A stretch of 64,000 nucleotides of DNA from an uncultured Clostridia bacterium (GCA_944391865.1 CALXVD010000003.1:6375-70374); one strand, 5' to 3'; positions 38,684 to 48,322 are shown, counted from the stretch's first letter. Translations and numbers: made by a program. The notes: generated by a model from the sequence alone, not told the origin.

Positions 38684-39790
38684 TTATTCCCCACCTTTCA
38701 ATAAAAATTTATTAGATACTACTTTAAACGAATATGTCATATCATTTTTTCTAAATACTAATCCTTCTGCTATTTGATTTGGCGAAGCGTCATCAAAGAA
38801 TGTTCTATATTTTATACCATCTACATATTTTAATAACATTTCTACAGTTTCATCTATATTGGTTGTAGTTTTAAAATCAAATTTTGCTCCTACTGGTATA
38901 ATTGGTACGTGTGGTAATCCAAAATCGTTACACATATTTAAAAAACGAAGAAAATCTAATTTTTTATAACTATCCATTTTACCCGTATCACTGACCCATA
39001 CGTTGAATATAAACCATTCTTTCTCTTTTAATCCTAATCTATTTGATTGAATACCAGGGCCACATAATTCTCCTTGAAATACTATATATTTTCCAGTTAA
39101 TTTTTGATAGTCTCTTAAATGTTTTTCTATGTCTCCATATTTTTTAACTGTAGTTGTGTACATATTTTCATCTTTATACCATTGATTTCTTCCACCAATT
39201 AGAAATGCGTCTTCAAATAATCCAACTGTACAAGAGGTTCCATCTAATTTTACACTCGCATACCAATCACCTCGTTCACTTTTCATATATTCTGGTAATA
39301 CGTCTTGAGCACAAACTTGTATTCTTTCTTCATCTGTTTTCGGTACATACCATTCATGATTGATTATTTCTCCAAGCGGACCATTAGAAACGGGTGGTTC
39401 ATATTTTTCTATTTTCAATAATTCAGTTAAATCGTCACCTTCATCATAGTCGATTGAAGAAAAAGATGTATCGTTTATTTGATTATATATTTCTCTTAAT
39501 TTGTGAATAGGTATAACTAAACCTTGTGAAATTTGTCCTCTAAATTTATGTGTACTTATTTTATATTTATTTAATTTTTGTGACCAAGAAGAACCTTTTA
39601 AAAATGTAAAAGCTGGTATATCTGGAAGTAAGCTATCTATTTCAAAATATATAACCATATCTCCAACTTGATATTCTCCTTTTTGTGCTACACAATCCCA
39701 ATTCAAAACTTGAACAATCTCAATACGGTCTGCTCCTTCAATTGGTTTTATAGCTTTTATTTTTTGTATACTTGCTAATTTTCTACTCAT
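38684..39790 (-). CDS. Rnl2-family ATP-dependent RNA ligase with an N-terminal OB/tRNA-binding-like domain (DraRnl/Rnl5-like architecture)
   Basis: Motif I SVKLDGTS, motif III VFQGELCGPGIQ, motif IV EGLVFRKND, motif V KVVSNKFLLK. The N-terminus IKAIKPIEGADRIEIVQV..VGDMVIYFEIDS resembles a Trbp111-type OB fold. Confidence 0.7.
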   Translation of the reverse strand: MSRKLASIQKIKAIKPIEGADRIEIVQVLNWDCVAQKGEYQVGDMVIYFEIDSLLPDIPAFTFLKGSSWSQKLNKYKISTHKFRGQISQGLVIPIHKLREIYNQINDTSFSSIDYDEGDDLTELLKIEKYEPPVSNGPLGEIINHEWYVPKTDEERIQVCAQDVLPEYMKSERGDWYASVKLDGTSCTVGLFEDAFLIGGRNQWYKDENMYTTTVKKYGDIEKHLRDYQKLTGKYIVFQGELCGPGIQSNRLGLKEKEWFIFNVWVSDTGKMDSYKKLDFLRFLNMCNDFGLPHVPIIPVGAKFDFKTTTNIDETVEMLLKYVDGIKYRTFFDDASPNQIAEGLVFRKNDMTYSFKVVSNKFLLKGGE

Positions 39791-40007
39791 TTTCTTCTCC
39801 TTTCGGTTCTAGTAATTCTTTACATAATTTCATTGAAAAATCATTTACTTTTTGTTGAATATATTCTGCGTCTTTTTTATCATTACAGATAATTTTGGGT
39901 GCTTGTATAATATATAAAATACTGTGATTATCTGTATTTGTAGGTTCACATATTATATTTTCCATACTTATTTGTATAGATTTATCACCTTTACTAAGAG
40001 TAGTCAT
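39783..40007 (-). CDS. Hypothetical small protein
   Basis: 74 aa. Confidence 0.25.
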   Translation of the reverse strand: MTTLSKGDKSIQISMENIICEPTNTDNHSILYIIQAPKIICNDKKDAEYIQQKVNDFSMKLCKELLEPKGEENE

Positions 40008-40219
40008 TAACCATTTCCTCCTTCCTGTGTTATTGGTGGTCCAAATCCTAATGTCGCTTTAGAGTTAGTTATAGTGGCTATTCTTTCATAGACACTAAGT
40101 TTAGCTCTAGCGCTAGCAAGTTCTTGTTTCAATTGAGCATTTTCGTTTTCTAACGAAAAAACTCTTTCTAATACAATATTTTCTATTTTTTCATATACGT
40201 TTTCTTTTTTGTTAGCCAC
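40007..40219 (-). CDS. Hypothetical coiled-coil protein
   Basis: 70 aa. Confidence 0.25.
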   Translation of the reverse strand: MANKKENVYEKIENIVLERVFSLENENAQLKQELASARAKLSVYERIATITNSKATLGFGPPITQEGGNG

Positions 40220-40239
40220 TATATATTCTCTCCTCTCTG

Positions 40240-40536
40240 TTATTCTAATTTTCTCTTCATTATTCTTTGGTCTACTTCCATATCTATTAATTTACTGATT
40301 TTTCTTTTTTCATCTTCAATAATTTCGTCTATTATCAAAAGCATTGTGCGTGGAGAGACCTCTAGTTTATTTTTTATTCTACTGATATAAGGCTCCCACA
40401 CGCGAAAGATACGCCTTGTTTCTATACGAAAACGTACCACATCATCTATATTTTCTGCGACGTTTTCTTTTATTTCTTCTAGCTCTTTTATTGTCATTTG
40501 ATGTAGCGCTATTGAATTAGCAATTTTATCGTCCAT
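40240..40536 (-). CDS. Hypothetical protein
   Basis: 98 aa. Confidence 0.25.
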   Translation of the reverse strand: MDDKIANSIALHQMTIKELEEIKENVAENIDDVVRFRIETRRIFRVWEPYISRIKNKLEVSPRTMLLIIDEIIEDEKRKISKLIDMEVDQRIMKRKLE

Positions 40537-40545
40537 ACTTCACCT

Positions 40546-41349
40546 CTATTGTCCTAAATTAAATAATGCGTTAGCATTTTCACCTAACATATATGTAGGC
40601 ATAACACCATTCCATTTGTCAATCATAGCTCTTTCATTTTCTAATCTTAATTGTTCTAATGATTGTTCTGTTACAGATTGTGATTGAAGTTCTCTAACTT
40701 TCGCTTCTGCTTCAGCTGTATTAATTTTTTGTTCATTTTGTACTTTTATAATTTCTAACTGAGCTTTCTCAGCCTCAGCTTTTTGTTGATTAGTTGTCTT
40801 GGCTTCAACAGCCGCATTAAATTCCTCTGTAAACCCTATGTTTTCTAAATTTACAGCACTAATTAAGAAATATTCTTCTAATCTTGAATTTAATTCTTCT
40901 GTAATAGAAGCTGCTACTTCACTTCTTCTTGTTACCATTTCTTCTGCTGTGAATTTAGCAATCGCAGCTTTTAATCCACTTTGTAATGCAGGATTTAAAA
41001 CTGTATCATTATAGTTTTCTCCTACATTTGCGTACAATTCTGATGCTTTCTCAGGTTTAATTTGATAGTTTATTGACACAGTCATATTTACAATTTGTAA
41101 ATCTTTAGCGCTTCCTTCTACTGTGTTTTGGTATTTTTGCGTTCTAATATCTACATCATGTACACTTTCAACAAATGGTGCTATAAAGTGAAATCCAGCG
41201 TCTAAATATTTATCTTGAACTTTTGAATACAATGTCACTACTCCTATATGTCCTGTTGGTACTATTGTTGTACTTGCAAATAGTATAATTAATCCTATAA
41301 CTAGAGCTATACATATTACTCCTACGATAACTTTTGATTTTGTTTCCAT
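40546..41349 (-). CDS. SPFH/band-7 (prohibitin/HflC-like) membrane protein
   Basis: N-terminal TM helix, a band-7 core (GHIGVVTLYSKV..LDAGFHFIAPFVESVHDVDIRTQ) and a long A/E/Q-rich coiled-coil tail. Confidence 0.6.
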   Translation of the reverse strand: METKSKVIVGVICIALVIGLIILFASTTIVPTGHIGVVTLYSKVQDKYLDAGFHFIAPFVESVHDVDIRTQKYQNTVEGSAKDLQIVNMTVSINYQIKPEKASELYANVGENYNDTVLNPALQSGLKAAIAKFTAEEMVTRRSEVAASITEELNSRLEEYFLISAVNLENIGFTEEFNAAVEAKTTNQQKAEAEKAQLEIIKVQNEQKINTAEAEAKVRELQSQSVTEQSLEQLRLENERAMIDKWNGVMPTYMLGENANALFNLGQ

Positions 41350-41351
41350 CT

Positions 41352-41591
41352 TTAATCAATCCTCCTATTATTTTTCTTTTCTTCTAACTGTTTATGTAAA
41401 TCTTCATTTGCAATTTTTAATGCTTCAATGTCTTCTCGTAATGTCACAATAAGTCTTTCCTGTAAGTCAAATTTTGTTTTTGAAGGTACTGATTTTATAT
41501 GACGATAATACACATACGCTAATAGCATACCAGCGAAAAGACCTATCATAAATATCGGAAACATTGCCATCTGATTATTTCCTCCTTTCAT
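41352..41591 (-). CDS. Small membrane protein with a coiled coil
   Basis: 79 aa. One TM. Confidence 0.3.
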   Translation of the reverse strand: MKGGNNQMAMFPIFMIGLFAGMLLAYVYYRHIKSVPSKTKFDLQERLIVTLREDIEALKIANEDLHKQLEEKKNNRRID

Positions 41592-42106
41592 AAAAATTTA
41601 ATATTTCTTCTTTTGTCATTGGTTCTTGTATTACGTCTATCCCTACGTTATATGAATTTGGTATTTCATATTTCATAGGATGCATAGTACCTGTATTTGA
41701 ATGAACGTGTCCATAAAAATGTAATGCTCCGTGATGTTGTTCGTTCCATACTTGAATTGGATAATGAAATAATGAAATTCTATGGTCTCCATCTTTAACC
41801 ATTGCGGTATCTCGCACCCATCTAAATAAAGTTTGGTCAAATTCTTCATCGTCTAAGAATAAATGGTCGTGATTACCTCTAATTAAAAATTTCATACCAT
41901 TAAGACGTTTTAATATTTTATTAGTACCGTCTCCTTTATAAAAAGATAAATCTCCTAAAATATATATTTCGTCTCCTTTTTTAATTTTATTATTCCATCT
42001 TTTTATATATTCTTCGTCCATTTCTTCTACAGTTTCAAATGGTCTATTTTCAAATTTTAGTACGTTTCTGTGTCCGAAAATGAGTATCTGCTATATAATA
42101 TTTCAT
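41575..42106 (-). CDS. Calcineurin-like metallophosphoesterase (Ser/Thr phosphatase family), interrupted by a +1 frame change near 42075
   Basis: The N-terminal fragment is MKYYIADTHF(R..*). The downstream frame gives GHRNVLKFENRPFETVEEM..ILGDL..GNHD..GHVH. One extra C follows TTTT at cat-ttt-c-gga. Confidence 0.55.
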
Positions 42107-42426
42107 TATCTCTCCCTCACTGAAAGTAAATGCTCAATAGCTTCTTTAATATCTTGTCCTGCCTCTACTTTACCTTCTTTTTCTATTTTATTTATAAATT
42201 CTTTTAATTTATCTACATAAGGCTTTGGGTCTGTGTCAGCCTCTAATATATTTCCTAACATTTTATATATTCTTCTTACTCTACGTCTAGGAATATAACT
42301 CCCTAACTGTTCTTTCATATTATGGTTTTCTGCTCTTAGTTGTTTTAATTCTTCTTCCACTGTTTTCCTCCTCTGACAAAATATGTTCACATTTGATATG
42401 TAATTCATCTTTACAGGCTTTATCAA
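42106..42426 (-). CDS. Hypothetical protein
   Basis: 106 aa. Confidence 0.3.
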   Translation of the reverse strand: MIKPVKMNYISNVNIFCQRRKTVEEELKQLRAENHNMKEQLGSYIPRRRVRRIYKMLGNILEADTDPKPYVDKLKEFINKIEKEGKVEAGQDIKEAIEHLLSVRER

Positions 42427-42547
42427 AACTTGTTACAGAATAAAACTTAGTAGGTGCTTTCCAATAGCGTAAATTTCTTTTACATTTTTCTTGTATACAA
42501 TTTGTGTTACAATAACTTATATCTGCTGGTCCTGTTTTTCTTCTCAT
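42320..42547 (-). CDS. Cys-rich small protein (zinc-finger-like)
   Basis: CNTNCIQEKCKRN...CKDELHIKCEH. Confidence 0.25.
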   Translation of the reverse strand: MRRKTGPADISYCNTNCIQEKCKRNLRYWKAPTKFYSVTSFDKACKDELHIKCEHILSEEENSGRRIKTTKSRKP

Positions 42548-42858
42548 AATCCAATCAACCCTTCCTTTTCAACATAATCTTTTATGTCTTGTACACTTGT
42601 TGCTATTATGAAATGTCCTTTAGCTTTTTTTATTCTGGCTCCTTGTGCTAATTGAATTGCACTAGGCTTTCCATTTGGGTCTTTTACTTCTATACCAAAG
42701 AATAATCCTCCCCAACAACAAAGTAAATCAGGAATACCACTTTCTTGATATAAATCCCCACCGTGAATTTTATAACAAAGTCCTCCACACGATTTTATAT
42801 AGGCTTTAATTTCATTTTCGATATCTTTTTCTCTATGACGTTGATAATTACTCGCCAC
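42544..42858 (-). CDS. VRR-NUC domain nuclease
   Basis: GIPDLLCCWGGLFFGIEVKDPNGKPSAIQ is a PD-(D/E)xK motif with a VRR-NUC signature. Confidence 0.6.
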   Translation of the reverse strand: MASNYQRHREKDIENEIKAYIKSCGGLCYKIHGGDLYQESGIPDLLCCWGGLFFGIEVKDPNGKPSAIQLAQGARIKKAKGHFIIATSVQDIKDYVEKEGLIGL

Positions 42859-43240
42859 GTTTATACAATCCTTCTTTTAATCTAAGCATAATTTCGTCTG
42901 CTGTTTTACAAATTAAAGGCGCTGCTACGCTCATAATATCGCAAAGTTCTTCTTCGTCATATATGTGTCCTTGGTGTCCTGTTTCCCATAAATAAACGTG
43001 TGTAAGTTCGTGTCTAAGAGTTTTTATTAATAAGAACCCGTCTAAATCCTTATCAATATAAATAGTAGAAGTAACATATTCTGTTATTCCGTGTAATCTT
43101 GTTTCCTCATCTACTGGTCTATTTTCATAATAAATTTTGTTCATTTCTGCTCTATCTCTAAAACATAATTTCCATATGTTTTTAGGTATAACAGATGATT
43201 TGAATGTAAACATAATATTAGCCGTCTCCTTTCTTTCCAA
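42848..43240 (-). CDS. HExxH protein (ImmA/IrrE-like metallopeptidase candidate)
   Basis: LRHELTHVYLWETGH. Confidence 0.3.
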   Translation of the reverse strand: MERKETANIMFTFKSSVIPKNIWKLCFRDRAEMNKIYYENRPVDEETRLHGITEYVTSTIYIDKDLDGFLLIKTLRHELTHVYLWETGHQGHIYDEEELCDIMSVAAPLICKTADEIMLRLKEGLYKRGE

Positions 43241-43415
43241 ATAATAATGTTTTTAATAAAGTTGCTAATAAACATAATCCAAATGATTGAAACCATGTTA
43301 TTCTCAATGTACTATGAAATAACCACAGTACAAAATTTGCAACTAAATATAAAGGAAGCGACCATATAGCACATATAATCACAAATATCAATAATAATAC
43401 TAATATTTTTCCCAT
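43218..43415 (-). CDS. Small 2-TM membrane protein
   Basis: The ATG at 43415 follows aaggagga. Confidence 0.3.
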   Translation of the reverse strand: MGKILVLLLIFVIICAIWSLPLYLVANFVLWLFHSTLRITWFQSFGLCLLATLLKTLLFGKKGDG

Positions 43416-43493
43416 CTGATTTCCTCCTTTGTTTGGCATTATATCATATACTATTGAAAAAGTTAATAGTCTCATTGTCTTTTTTTTTATAAA

Positions 43494-44198
43494 TTATTCG
43501 TCAAAAACAGATGGGTCTTTTTTAATTGTAAATATATCCTCTTTTAACTGACGTGGAATAATTGTTTCAAACTCTAAATAATTATTTCCGTATGTATCTG
43601 GGTCAATGATTTTAAGGTCTACTCCTCTCATTGTATCTATTTTTATTTCATCTGGAAGACGTCTGCCATACTCATCAAAACACGCTACGAACGGTGTTTT
43701 TTTACCATACATTGAAATTTTTCTATAGGCCTTTATAATGTTATCTTTTACCATTGGACTCATTTTACATTCGATGTTAGTCACATGAACTGGCATACAT
43801 TCTATCATAAGTCTGCTTTTCATAACAGATAATGTTTTTAAAATTCTTTCTGGAGATAAATCAGAATAATTAAAACAGCCTACAGCATATCTATAATTAT
43901 CAGTCATAGCTATTCTATTTTCTTCTACTTTCATTTCTGGGATATCCTCCTTACTAAAACCACTTTTCGCAATTGGTACACCGTTTTCATCTATATATGG
44001 CATATCCATATCTATATCAAACGCGTTAATATCTGGGTTAAATTTATAATTTTTATAAACAACTCCTCCGTCAAGAAGCGTTTTCTGTATATTTTCATAA
44101 TCTGTATATGTGACTGTAGGCTCATATGTAAACGGACTTTCTTCTGCCCAATAAGGTTTCCAAATAGGACCATTTGTAAGCATACTATCTTCACTCAT
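43494..44198 (-). CDS. Hypothetical protein
   Basis: 234 aa. Confidence 0.3.
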   Translation of the reverse strand: MSEDSMLTNGPIWKPYWAEESPFTYEPTVTYTDYENIQKTLLDGGVVYKNYKFNPDINAFDIDMDMPYIDENGVPIAKSGFSKEDIPEMKVEENRIAMTDNYRYAVGCFNYSDLSPERILKTLSVMKSRLMIECMPVHVTNIECKMSPMVKDNIIKAYRKISMYGKKTPFVACFDEYGRRLPDEIKIDTMRGVDLKIIDPDTYGNNYLEFETIIPRQLKEDIFTIKKDPSVFDE

Positions 44199-44199
44199 A

Positions 44200-45567
44200 T
44201 TACTTACCTCCTTCTTCTAACCATTTTTCAAATAATCTTTGGTCAAAGTTTTCTCCAGATAAAAGAGTTCTATATATTTGAGGTTCTACACTTCCTGCTA
44301 TTTCTAAATAATAAAACACAGGTTGTTTTGTTTGACCAGTTCTATCCAAACGACCTTTACTTTGAACGAAATCAATATAATTTTCTGGATATGAAAACCA
44401 GATACCAATATTAGTTTTTATGAAGTCATTTAATCCAGCAGAACCTGCTTGTATGTTCACTATTGCTATACAATCATCATATTTTTCCCAATTTGTTAAG
44501 TCTTTTGTTGAACCGTCATATATGCACCAATGTCTTTTCTTTTTATCACAAACTTCACTTATGATTTTTGTTTCGTTAATAAAATTTGTAAATACTACAA
44601 GTCGACCTTCATTTCCGTCCAAAAAGTCTTCTAACCACTGAGCTTTTGGATTTTTATCTAAAAACATATCTCTTATAAACCCACTACAGCTTTCACGCAT
44701 ATAAATTCGGTGTAAGGTTGGTCTATTAGCGATTATAAAGTCTGTATCAATATCTTCTATATCCCCAGACATTAAAACTTCTTCTAGGGCCTTCTCGTCC
44801 ATTTTAGGCCATACTTTTTTCTCCTTAAAGTATTTCATTTCTGGTGTCATTTTAAAAGTCTGTTTGATTTCTATTGGTCGGTCATATATACTTTCGTATT
44901 TTTTATAATAAGTGTATTTTAATATTTCTTTATCCATTAATTCTGTATTTTTGTAACCTACAATTTCATTAAATGGAAATCTAGATTTTCCTGCATATAC
45001 TAAATTCCAGTTTTGTGCTTCAATACAAAATTCTTTTTTGAAATCTCTAGCCGAACGGTTAAAGACTTCACTATCAAGTGCTTTATATTGTGGATATAAA
45101 TCTATATACTTTTTATTTTGAGAAGTAGCACTTAATATTAATATATTTATATTAAATTTTGCAGAAAGCATTTGTATGAATTTACTCTGTTTAGAGTCAT
45201 ATGTTTTCATTTTATGACCCTCATCTACGATTATAAGACTTTTTCTTCTCACTAATTGTTCTTGAATTTTCTTTGAGTTTTTTTCTCTCCAAGCACTTTG
45301 AAATGAAGTTACAAATGTAGTTTCAATTTCAGGTACTTCTTTTTTTAAATCATTTTTCCAGTCGTCTACTTTAGATACAGGACAAATGACAACTATACCA
45401 GTAATATAACCAGCATCATATAATCTTTCTGCTACTGATAAAGATGTTACGGTTTTTCCTGTACCTGTGTCAAATCCTAAATATGCACCTTTAATTTCTC
45501 CATTTTCTATTCTTTTAAAAATGTCTTTTGCTGTTTGTTCTTGATAATCGTATAACTTTGTATACAT
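44200..45567 (-). CDS. SF2 (SNF2/DEAD-like) helicase
   Basis: Walker A GFDTGTGKT, motif II IIVDEGH, and C-terminal helicase motifs. Confidence 0.7.
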   Translation of the reverse strand: MYTKLYDYQEQTAKDIFKRIENGEIKGAYLGFDTGTGKTVTSLSVAERLYDAGYITGIVVICPVSKVDDWKNDLKKEVPEIETTFVTSFQSAWREKNSKKIQEQLVRRKSLIIVDEGHKMKTYDSKQSKFIQMLSAKFNINILILSATSQNKKYIDLYPQYKALDSEVFNRSARDFKKEFCIEAQNWNLVYAGKSRFPFNEIVGYKNTELMDKEILKYTYYKKYESIYDRPIEIKQTFKMTPEMKYFKEKKVWPKMDEKALEEVLMSGDIEDIDTDFIIANRPTLHRIYMRESCSGFIRDMFLDKNPKAQWLEDFLDGNEGRLVVFTNFINETKIISEVCDKKKRHWCIYDGSTKDLTNWEKYDDCIAIVNIQAGSAGLNDFIKTNIGIWFSYPENYIDFVQSKGRLDRTGQTKQPVFYYLEIAGSVEPQIYRTLLSGENFDQRLFEKWLEEGGK

Positions 45568-45573
45568 TGATAA

Positions 45574-45891
45574 TTAATCCTCCTTGTAATCTTCCATAGT
45601 AATTCCTAATTCTTCTACATTCATTGTCATTTTACCTAAAATACATTCCACCGGATATTTATTTTCTAATGTATGAATTATAGATTGAAGTGTAACATAC
45701 AAACAAGCCACTTCTGTTGGACCACAATCATGTAGACAAGTTCTAACAATTGGTACTCGACTTGTTTTATTACCTTCATCTTTTTCTTCTGCTTCAATTA
45801 AAACATTTAATTCTATATATTTTCCTGTAGCTTTTATTGATTTATAACGTTGTTTTTCCATTTCAGGTATATCTATATCATAAAATTCCAT
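45574..45891 (-). CDS. Hypothetical protein
   Basis: The start at 45891 follows aaaaggagaac; the longer track ORF lacks an RBS. Confidence 0.3.
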   Translation of the reverse strand: MEFYDIDIPEMEKQRYKSIKATGKYIELNVLIEAEEKDEGNKTSRVPIVRTCLHDCGPTEVACLYVTLQSIIHTLENKYPVECILGKMTMNVEELGITMEDYKED

Positions 45892-46198
45892 TTTTGTTCT
45901 CCTTTTCTGCTTTTTTTCTAGCATAATACTCTCTATAATATTGCTGTCGTTCTTCTTTGTTTTCTTTATAATGTTGTCTATAATATTTTTTTCGTTCTTC
46001 TTTATGTGTTTCATAATATCTATTATATATATCTTTTTTACTCATTCTTACTTCTTGTTTTTCTGCATATCTTTTGTTGTTACGCTCTTTTATTTTCTCT
46101 TTATTGTTTTCGTAATATTTTCTAAAATATTCTTGTCGTTTCTCTTTATTTCGTTTATAGTAATTGTGTTGATATTCTTTTCTATCTGTCGACATCAT
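45878..46198 (-). CDS. Highly basic Tyr-rich tandem-repeat protein
   Basis: Repeats of YY(K/R).NKE(K/E)RQ.YY... with underlying ~48-nt DNA repeats. Confidence 0.4.
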   Translation of the reverse strand: MMSTDRKEYQHNYYKRNKEKRQEYFRKYYENNKEKIKERNNKRYAEKQEVRMSKKDIYNRYYETHKEERKKYYRQHYKENKEERQQYYREYYARKKAEKENKNGIL

Positions 46199-46209
46199 AC
46201 ACCTCCTAC

Positions 46210-46653
46210 CTATATTTCTTCCAATCTTACTGTTGCACGAACATTACTTGTTTTAGTAAATTTTTTCGCTAATTCTGGTTCTTCTTCTTTTAATTTTTTG
46301 CTGTCAATTGTGCTCCTTGTACTAGGAGAAATATACGTGAGTTTTGTACCTCCCACAATAACGGTTTTTGGTAAATCTTTATGTGTTTTATGTAATTCAA
46401 TTATATTTTCTTTAAATGGTACATATACTTTTTCAAATTCTTCTGTTGCTTTTTTATAAGCTCTGTATTTTTCAGTAAATACCTCTGGGTCACAGTTTAA
46501 CGCTTGACTAAATATATCAATAATACTTGCGTCTATCGTTTTATCTGTTTCACCCTCTTCTTTGATAACAACTTCTCTCATCTCTAGTGTATCCTCGTCT
46601 ATAACTTTTATAACTTTCATTTTAAATCCATCCTTCCCTATCTGTAGTTTCAT
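46210..46653 (-). CDS. Hypothetical protein
   Basis: 147 aa. Confidence 0.3.
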   Translation of the reverse strand: MKLQIGKDGFKMKVIKVIDEDTLEMREVVIKEEGETDKTIDASIIDIFSQALNCDPEVFTEKYRAYKKATEEFEKVYVPFKENIIELHKTHKDLPKTVIVGGTKLTYISPSTRSTIDSKKLKEEEPELAKKFTKTSNVRATVRLEEI

Positions 46654-46996
46654 CCCAATCTTTCTTTATGCGTTTATATACATTTTTCGCAGTAAGAAAT
46701 CCAATAGGAGAGTCACCGTGTTTGAATTGCTCCCACGGTGTAAATCCTCCTAAAATTTCTAATCTATCTTGTTCACGTCCGTGAGTACCTAACCCTTCAA
46801 TTACACTTATCTTCATATTTTTTCGAGATGGGTAACATATTTGATAATGGTCCATTAAATCAGGAAATTCCTCTTTTAATGACTTACCATAACCAAATCC
46901 TTCTATAAATTCAAATGGAATATCTGCTTTTTCTAACATACGTTTTAATTTGAATATTTCTTTACAAGGTTTATCATATAATAAAAAATCACTCAT
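46622..46996 (-). CDS. Hypothetical protein
   Basis: 124 aa. Confidence 0.3.
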   Translation of the reverse strand: MSDFLLYDKPCKEIFKLKRMLEKADIPFEFIEGFGYGKSLKEEFPDLMDHYQICYPSRKNMKISVIEGLGTHGREQDRLEILGGFTPWEQFKHGDSPIGFLTAKNVYKRIKKDWDETTDREGWI

Positions 46997-47431
46997 TTAC
47001 TCACCCTCTATATTATAAGTATAATCACGTACTTGAAATTTATCTTTGACGTATTCTAAAAACTTTTCAAATTCTTCTTTTGTTCTATTAAATTCTCTAT
47101 CACGTAAGTCTCCTTGAATTGAAATCACAACGCAACTTTGATATTCACCAGAACAGTCGTAATTATCTGGAGCGTCACATTCTTGACCTTCTTCTCCGTC
47201 AATTGTTATTGCTCTTAATGTTTCTTTATATTTACAATGCTCGCAATCGTGACTTACGAACCAGTTAAAACCACTTTGAATATTTACAAACACATCTGCA
47301 TTTCCTTCACTTCCTGTTATTTCAGGAGCTTTTGCTAAAACTGCGTCTACTTTTCTTTTCAATTCTCGTTTTTTAGCTGCAATTCCTGTTTCTACACTAA
47401 GACAAGCTGTTATATGTGTCCAATGGCTCAT
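46997..47431 (-). CDS. Hypothetical Cys-containing protein
   Basis: 144 aa. Confidence 0.3.
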   Translation of the reverse strand: MSHWTHITACLSVETGIAAKKRELKRKVDAVLAKAPEITGSEGNADVFVNIQSGFNWFVSHDCEHCKYKETLRAITIDGEEGQECDAPDNYDCSGEYQSCVVISIQGDLRDREFNRTKEEFEKFLEYVKDKFQVRDYTYNIEGE

Positions 47432-47433
47432 AA

Positions 47434-48309
47434 TTATTCCTCCTCTTTGTTATCAGTACTATCTATAAACCCTTGAACTCCTTTTTGAGTTCTTGCAAAA
47501 GCTCTTTCTCTATTCGCATTATTTAATTCTACTTGACGTCTTCTTCTTTCTTCTTTAACTAAATGTGCTATAAAGATTTTTTTATCTAATCCTAATCCGT
47601 AGTTATAACAATTTTCTACTTCTTTTTCACAATCAGTATTTAACACCCAAGGTGTAGCATTATAAATATATTTTTCTACACTATATCTAAGTCTTTCTTT
47701 GTCTACCTCTGGATAATCATAGTAATAAACCAAAGTTTGCATTAACATTACTACACTACCTGGTAATTTTTTATCGTCAATTTCTTCAAGAATTGGTTTG
47801 ATATATTCTAATCTTGGTACAGCAGCTCTATATTGTTCTTCTGTTAATTGAAGTGTACCTTGCTTTATATCTCTGTGTTTAGATTTTGACACTCTGTATA
47901 CGGCTGTTGATATAATATCTAAGTTTCCATTTGCGTATCTTTGCATTAAACTTAGTAATCTTTGATAATTTTCATTTCCTTGTTCTGCATAAGATTTAAT
48001 GAAATCTGGTAACTTCCAGTTAACCATATTCATATTCATATAAATACATTCTTTGTTACCAGCACCCTCTGCAATTATATATTCTACTGGCATTTTTAGT
48101 CTTTGAAGTGCTGTCAATCTTCCTTGTCCGTCAATTACCTCCATTTTTTCATTTACAATTATAGGGTTATGTACCCAACCTATAGTTTGAATACTCTCTA
48201 CTATCTTTGAAATTCTACTTTCTGGTATATCTCTATTACCTACTAATCTCTTGAATATACTGTAGTCCTTTGTTACATATACACTATATGTTTTTTCTTT
48301 TTCTTCCAT
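47434..48309 (-). CDS. ParB-like nuclease domain protein
   Basis: LVGNRDI..IIVNEKMEVIDGQGRLTAL is the ParB/Srx N-terminal motif. Confidence 0.55.
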   Translation of the reverse strand: MEEKEKTYSVYVTKDYSIFKRLVGNRDIPESRISKIVESIQTIGWVHNPIIVNEKMEVIDGQGRLTALQRLKMPVEYIIAEGAGNKECIYMNMNMVNWKLPDFIKSYAEQGNENYQRLLSLMQRYANGNLDIISTAVYRVSKSKHRDIKQGTLQLTEEQYRAAVPRLEYIKPILEEIDDKKLPGSVVMLMQTLVYYYDYPEVDKERLRYSVEKYIYNATPWVLNTDCEKEVENCYNYGLGLDKKIFIAHLVKEERRRRQVELNNANRERAFARTQKGVQGFIDSTDNKEEE

Positions 48310-48322
48310 AATTTTAATCCTC

